NCBI GenBank assembly: GCA_964547155.1
Contig: CAZJMM010000002.1
Span: 1-28,143, forward strand
DNA from: an uncultured Dehalococcoidaceae bacterium
GTDB lineage: Bacteria; Chloroflexota; Dehalococcoidia; GIF9; DYGU01
DNA: 28,143 nt
Direction of reading: 5' to 3'
Part shown: positions 25,335 to 28,143 of the stretch, piece by piece
Layout of the letters: each line of letters starts with the position of its first letter
Numbering within the stretch: the stretch's first letter is position 1
Notes under the pieces: generated by a model
The model's input: the letters and a program-made list of their open reading frames with translations, nothing else
The model's database searches: none
What the model was told of the DNA's origin: nothing
Program-made: the position numbers and the translations under genes

Positions 25335-26030
25335 TCATACTGTCATAAGCTCTTTCAATCTGTCAACTGCCGCCGGCAGTACCTCACCAGTTCTCTCCCA
25401 GAACCGTAGATGAGCGACTGGATCAAAGGGAGTTTCGCCCTGATTAATGATCACCAACTTAGCTCCCGATTGAAGAGCCGTTCTGGGCATGTCCGCAGCT
25501 GGTGTCACAACAAGGCTAGAGCCAGCGACTATAAATAGGTCGCATTTCCGTGAGTGCCCATAAGAATCCGTCAGGTCTTTCCGAGGTAAGGGGTCACCAA
25601 AATTGACTATACTGGAAACCAGTCTCCCACCGCAGGAACATCTATCTATGCCGATGGACCTATCCACTTGGGATTCGCAACGAACGCATCGCAACTTGGT
25701 AACATTGCCGTGCAGTTCTGCCAACAAATCTGGCCGGATTCCTGATCGCAAGTGCAGATTATCGACATTTTGTGAGATGAGAAAGCTCAACTTGCTAAGC
25801 TTTTGTAGCTCAACAATAGCGAGGTGCCCAGCATTGGGCTCTACCGATGAGAAATCTCGCGGTTGGGTGGGCAGTCCTTTTGCTTTTCGTGTCCAAATGC
25901 CATCTGGTCCTCTAAAGTCAGGCAGACCCGACTCAGTGCTGATACCAGCACCGGTAAAGACAACTAGATATTTTGAATCAAATATCCATCGAGCTAGACT
26001 ATCGATTCGCCGGTAAAACTCTGATGACAC
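25335..26030 (-). CDS. Sirtuin (NAD-dependent deacylase)
   Basis: 'TGAGISTESGLPDFRG', 'SQNVDNLH', 'ELHGN', CxxC...CxC zinc site, 'GSSLVV'. Confidence 0.94.
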   Translation of the reverse strand: MSSEFYRRIDSLARWIFDSKYLVVFTGAGISTESGLPDFRGPDGIWTRKAKGLPTQPRDFSSVEPNAGHLAIVELQKLSKLSFLISQNVDNLHLRSGIRPDLLAELHGNVTKLRCVRCESQVDRSIGIDRCSCGGRLVSSIVNFGDPLPRKDLTDSYGHSRKCDLFIVAGSSLVVTPAADMPRTALQSGAKLVIINQGETPFDPVAHLRFWERTGEVLPAAVDRLKELMTV

Positions 26031-26087
26031 TGTATTCCCTATTTAACCAACTCCACAAATTATCCACTTTAGTTATTTACATCAATG

Positions 26088-26117
26088 ATTTTAGCGTTGC
26101 CCCGCTTTGATTATCAA
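26088..26117 (-). promoter_or_regulatory. Possible promoter for the sirtuin gene
   Basis: Minus strand TTGATA, 18 nt, TAAAAT. Confidence 0.4.
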
Positions 26118-26134
26118 GTTGACTAGGAATCGTA

Positions 26135-26163
26135 TTGAATACTGCTTCCGTCGTTGGTAGAAT
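26135..26163 (+). promoter_or_regulatory. sigma70-type promoter for the DUF369 operon
   Basis: TTGAAT (26135-26140), 17 nt, TAGAAT (26158-26163) with TGn extension. Confidence 0.6.
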
Positions 26164-26205
26164 TTCTGAAGAGGTTAACTACCAAATTATCAGGGGTTTA
26201 GCAGG

Positions 26206-26586
26206 ATGGCGAGAAGAATTCGGATAAGAGTCAGTCGGATTGAGGCAGTAGCCGAATTAAATAAGACCAAGACAGCTCAAGCGATTTGGGAGGCGCTACC
26301 AATCAGAGGTCGTGTCAATCTTTGGGGAGAGGAAATATATTTCTCAATCCCCCTCACCCTCGAATTAGAAGCCGGGAAAGAACTTGTAAACATCGGGGAT
26401 TTGGGTTACTGGCCTCAAGGCAGTGCTTTTTGCATCTTCTTTGGACCGACTCCTATTAGTCGAGGAAGCAAAATTCGCCCGGCGAGTCCGGTTACTGTTT
26501 TTGGAAAGGTCATTGGCGATGCTACCGTATTCAAACACGTAGCCTCTGGAACAGAAATCACCATTGAGAAGGAGGGAAATGAATAA
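26206..26586 (+). CDS. Cyclophilin-like fold protein (DUF369/COG2164-type)
   Basis: 'VNLWGEEIYF', 'GDLGYWPQGSAFCIFFGPTP', 'PASPVTVFGKV'. Confidence 0.8.
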   Translation: MARRIRIRVSRIEAVAELNKTKTAQAIWEALPIRGRVNLWGEEIYFSIPLTLELEAGKELVNIGDLGYWPQGSAFCIFFGPTPISRGSKIRPASPVTVFGKVIGDATVFKHVASGTEITIEKEGNE

Positions 26587-27196
26587 GATGGTCAAAAGGC
26601 TGGTCTATTACTTCGATGAACCGGGGGAGGGAAATACTGACTTAGTAATTGAGGCTGTTTCTCAGCGATTAGAAGCTGGGGGAATCAAAACAGTTATCGT
26701 TGCCAGCACTTCTGGTGAGACAGCAGCTAAATTTGCCCGTAGCCTCAGCGGTAAGGTTGAGCTGGTTTGTGTTTCCGAGGCACCATACCGGCGGGAATGG
26801 GGCGAAAGGTGGCCTTGTCTAAAACAGAGATTCAGACGAGAGCTACAGAGACTAGGAGTTGCGGTTATTGATAAAGCACCCTACGTTTTCCACAATTCAG
26901 TATTAGAGACTGCCCCGTGGTCCGGTGCCTTTCCTGAGCGCCTGGTGAGGGAGACACTATACTGCTTTGGACAGGGGATGAAGGTAGCTGTGGAGGTTGC
27001 TCTGATAGGAGTTTCTTGTGGCTATGTGACTCCTTATGAAGATGTAATAGCTGTTGGCGGGTCAGGGGGAGGTGCAGATACAGCCATTGTGCTTCGAGCT
27101 ACCTATCCTGCCTGCCTTTTTGACAAAGACCCGGGGAAAAGGCTGGAGATAAAGGAAATAATCGCCATGCCTATTTCCAAAAAGTGGTGGGAATAA
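26579..27196 (+). CDS. Pyruvate-kinase C-terminal-like domain protein (COG1751/MTH1675-type)
   Basis: 'YFDEPGEGNT', 'IVASTSGETA', 'FGQGMKVAVEVALI', 'GGGADTA'. Start is ATG 26579 or 26588. Confidence 0.8.
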   Translation: MNKMVKRLVYYFDEPGEGNTDLVIEAVSQRLEAGGIKTVIVASTSGETAAKFARSLSGKVELVCVSEAPYRREWGERWPCLKQRFRRELQRLGVAVIDKAPYVFHNSVLETAPWSGAFPERLVRETLYCFGQGMKVAVEVALIGVSCGYVTPYEDVIAVGGSGGGADTAIVLRATYPACLFDKDPGKRLEIKEIIAMPISKKWWE

Positions 27197-27257
27197 GTTC
27201 AAGTTGTGCCATCAGAGTGGCAAGTGGCTCAAATAACGCCGTTGTGTGCCCTTGTAT

Positions 27258-27316
27258 TGTTATTGCAAGGAACGAAGCAACCTCGCTGGGGTCTGCCCAG
27301 ATAGGCGGTCAAATCT
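27258..27316. repeat. Degenerate REP/RPE-like repeat copy with an internal hairpin
   Basis: TGTTATTGCAAGGAACGAAGCAAC...CAAATCT resembles the copies at 25226-25273. Confidence 0.35.
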
Positions 27317-27342
27317 GAGAGCCGAGAAAGACTTGAGTCTAG

Positions 27343-27487
27343 AGTCATTCATTTTGGGCTAGGCACCCCATTTTTGTATCTGTGGTGGGCCTTGGGGGAC
27401 AGTTCCCGAACTCCTGTTTGAGAAGAAGGGGCTGATTCCAGCCGTACAGCAGCTGTTGGTTTCCTACACGCGGCCCAGGCACTGACT
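27343..27487 (-). ncRNA. Candidate structured ncRNA, possibly 6S-RNA-like
   Basis: Nested end-to-end pairing (AGTCA/TGACT, TGGGC/GCCCA, TAGG/CCTA, ACC/GGT), internal hairpins, and a promoter whose predicted +1 falls at the first paired base. Confidence 0.45.
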
Positions 27488-27491
27488 TCAT

Positions 27492-27519
27492 AGCATACCT
27501 CGGTTGCTTCTCACAACAA
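27492..27519 (-). promoter_or_regulatory. Promoter for the ncRNA candidate
   Basis: Minus strand TTGTTG (27519-27514), 16 nt, TATGCT (27497-27492). Confidence 0.45.
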
Positions 27520-27548
27520 TTGCTGAGATGGCCGTTAGGGGATACAAT
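27520..27548 (+). promoter_or_regulatory. Promoter for a probably leaderless membrane-protein mRNA
   Basis: TTGCTG (27520-27525), 17 nt, TACAAT (27543-27548); the ATG begins 8 nt after the -10. Confidence 0.55.
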
Positions 27549-27555
27549 GTAGAAG

Positions 27556-28053
27556 ATGAATGCTAACGCCATTTATGAAGAACGCATCTATTCCAGATGG
27601 CTGACAACCGCTTTGGTTATTGTCGCATGCATTCTGTTTGGTATGCTTATCTACCAGCATCTAGTCGGACCGGTGGGCACACGCCCAGCACCAGACTGGA
27701 TTTTGCTAGCTATAGCTTTGCTTCTCCTGGCCGTTATGGTCAACTTTGCCACACTCACTATCAGGTTGACTCAAAGTGGAATTTCTGTTGGCTACGGCAT
27801 CATCAGGCACAATATCCCTTGGAGCAATGTATCTGATTGCTATCAGGACAAGGCTTCAGCGGTATGGTACGGTGGCTTTGGCGTCCGACTGGGACTGGTT
27901 AACGGGAAGTGGAGGCTGGTCTATAACACCATCGGGAACCCACGCGTGGTGATACGAAAGAGACAAGGGCAAGTCCAGGAGTTTGTTTTCTCCACCAATA
28001 ATCCAGATGAGGTGATGAGAAGAATCAAGGAGAGGATTGGGGTAAGAGGATAG
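27556..28053 (+). CDS. Membrane protein: two TM helices plus a PH-like C-terminal domain (DUF3093-like)
   Basis: Two hydrophobic stretches, then 'LTIRLTQSGISVGYG...IPWSNV...GGFGVR...FSTNNPDE'. Confidence 0.7.
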   Translation: MNANAIYEERIYSRWLTTALVIVACILFGMLIYQHLVGPVGTRPAPDWILLAIALLLLAVMVNFATLTIRLTQSGISVGYGIIRHNIPWSNVSDCYQDKASAVWYGGFGVRLGLVNGKWRLVYNTIGNPRVVIRKRQGQVQEFVFSTNNPDEVMRRIKERIGVRG

Positions 28054-28099
28054 ATTGAGGTGAAAAAGAGTAGTTCTATCTAGAAAAGGAGTTGCTAAT

Positions 28100-28143
28100 A
28101 TGAAGATAGCTGTTATCGGTGCGGGAGCTATTGGAAGTGTAAT
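28100..28143 (+). CDS. Partial Rossmann-fold protein, probably ketopantoate reductase
   Basis: AAGGAG SD, then MKIAVIGAGAIGSV; truncated by the window end. Confidence 0.65.
   Translation, partial: MKIAVIGAGAIGSV

Noticed and set aside
27345-27572. 75-aa minus-strand ORF
   Set aside because: It overlaps the next gene's start and both promoters and has no SD or motif; the region is better explained as structured RNA.
521-27836. Numerous short antisense or alternate-frame ORFs in the track
   Set aside because: They lie within long, motif-supported CDSs and have no independent SD or recognisable domains.
1-28143. CRISPR arrays, tRNA/rRNA, transposases, integrases
   Set aside because: I saw no regularly spaced direct repeats, cloverleaf or rRNA signatures, or mobile-element ORFs by eye.

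Overview
A gene-dense, moderate-GC window from an anaerobic bacterium; gene style suggests Chloroflexota/Dehalococcoidia (inference only). No rRNA, tRNA, CRISPR array or transposase was seen. Left to right: two divergent LivK-type lipoproteins (one missing from the ORF track), livGFHM, an acetoacetate-CoA ligase, a TatD-like hydrolase, a decayed DUF362-like Fe-S gene and a USP. A minus-strand operon follows (SDR, cyclase-family hydrolase, cupin, degenerate cupin, 3-hydroxyacyl-CoA-dehydrogenase-like protein, BKACE). Its composition matches the anaerobic phloroglucinol pathway (PGR/DPGC/TfD/TAL). Divergent from it lie a 2-oxoacid/acetoin dehydrogenase complex (E1a, E1b, E2, E3), lipB/lipA and a tungsten-type AOR. 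The right end carries an AprA/SdhA-like flavoprotein with a ferredoxin, a sirtuin, DUF369 and COG1751 genes, a membrane protein and the start of a ketopantoate reductase. Main signals beyond routine annotation: (1) a putative polyphenol/phloroglucinol catabolic supercluster with its own uptake and acetoacetate-activation genes; (2) two or three genes that appear to start at ATT/ATC behind strong Shine-Dalgarno (SD) sites; (3) a promoter-led ~145-nt structured ncRNA candidate at 27343-27487. All family calls come from motif recognition, not database searches.
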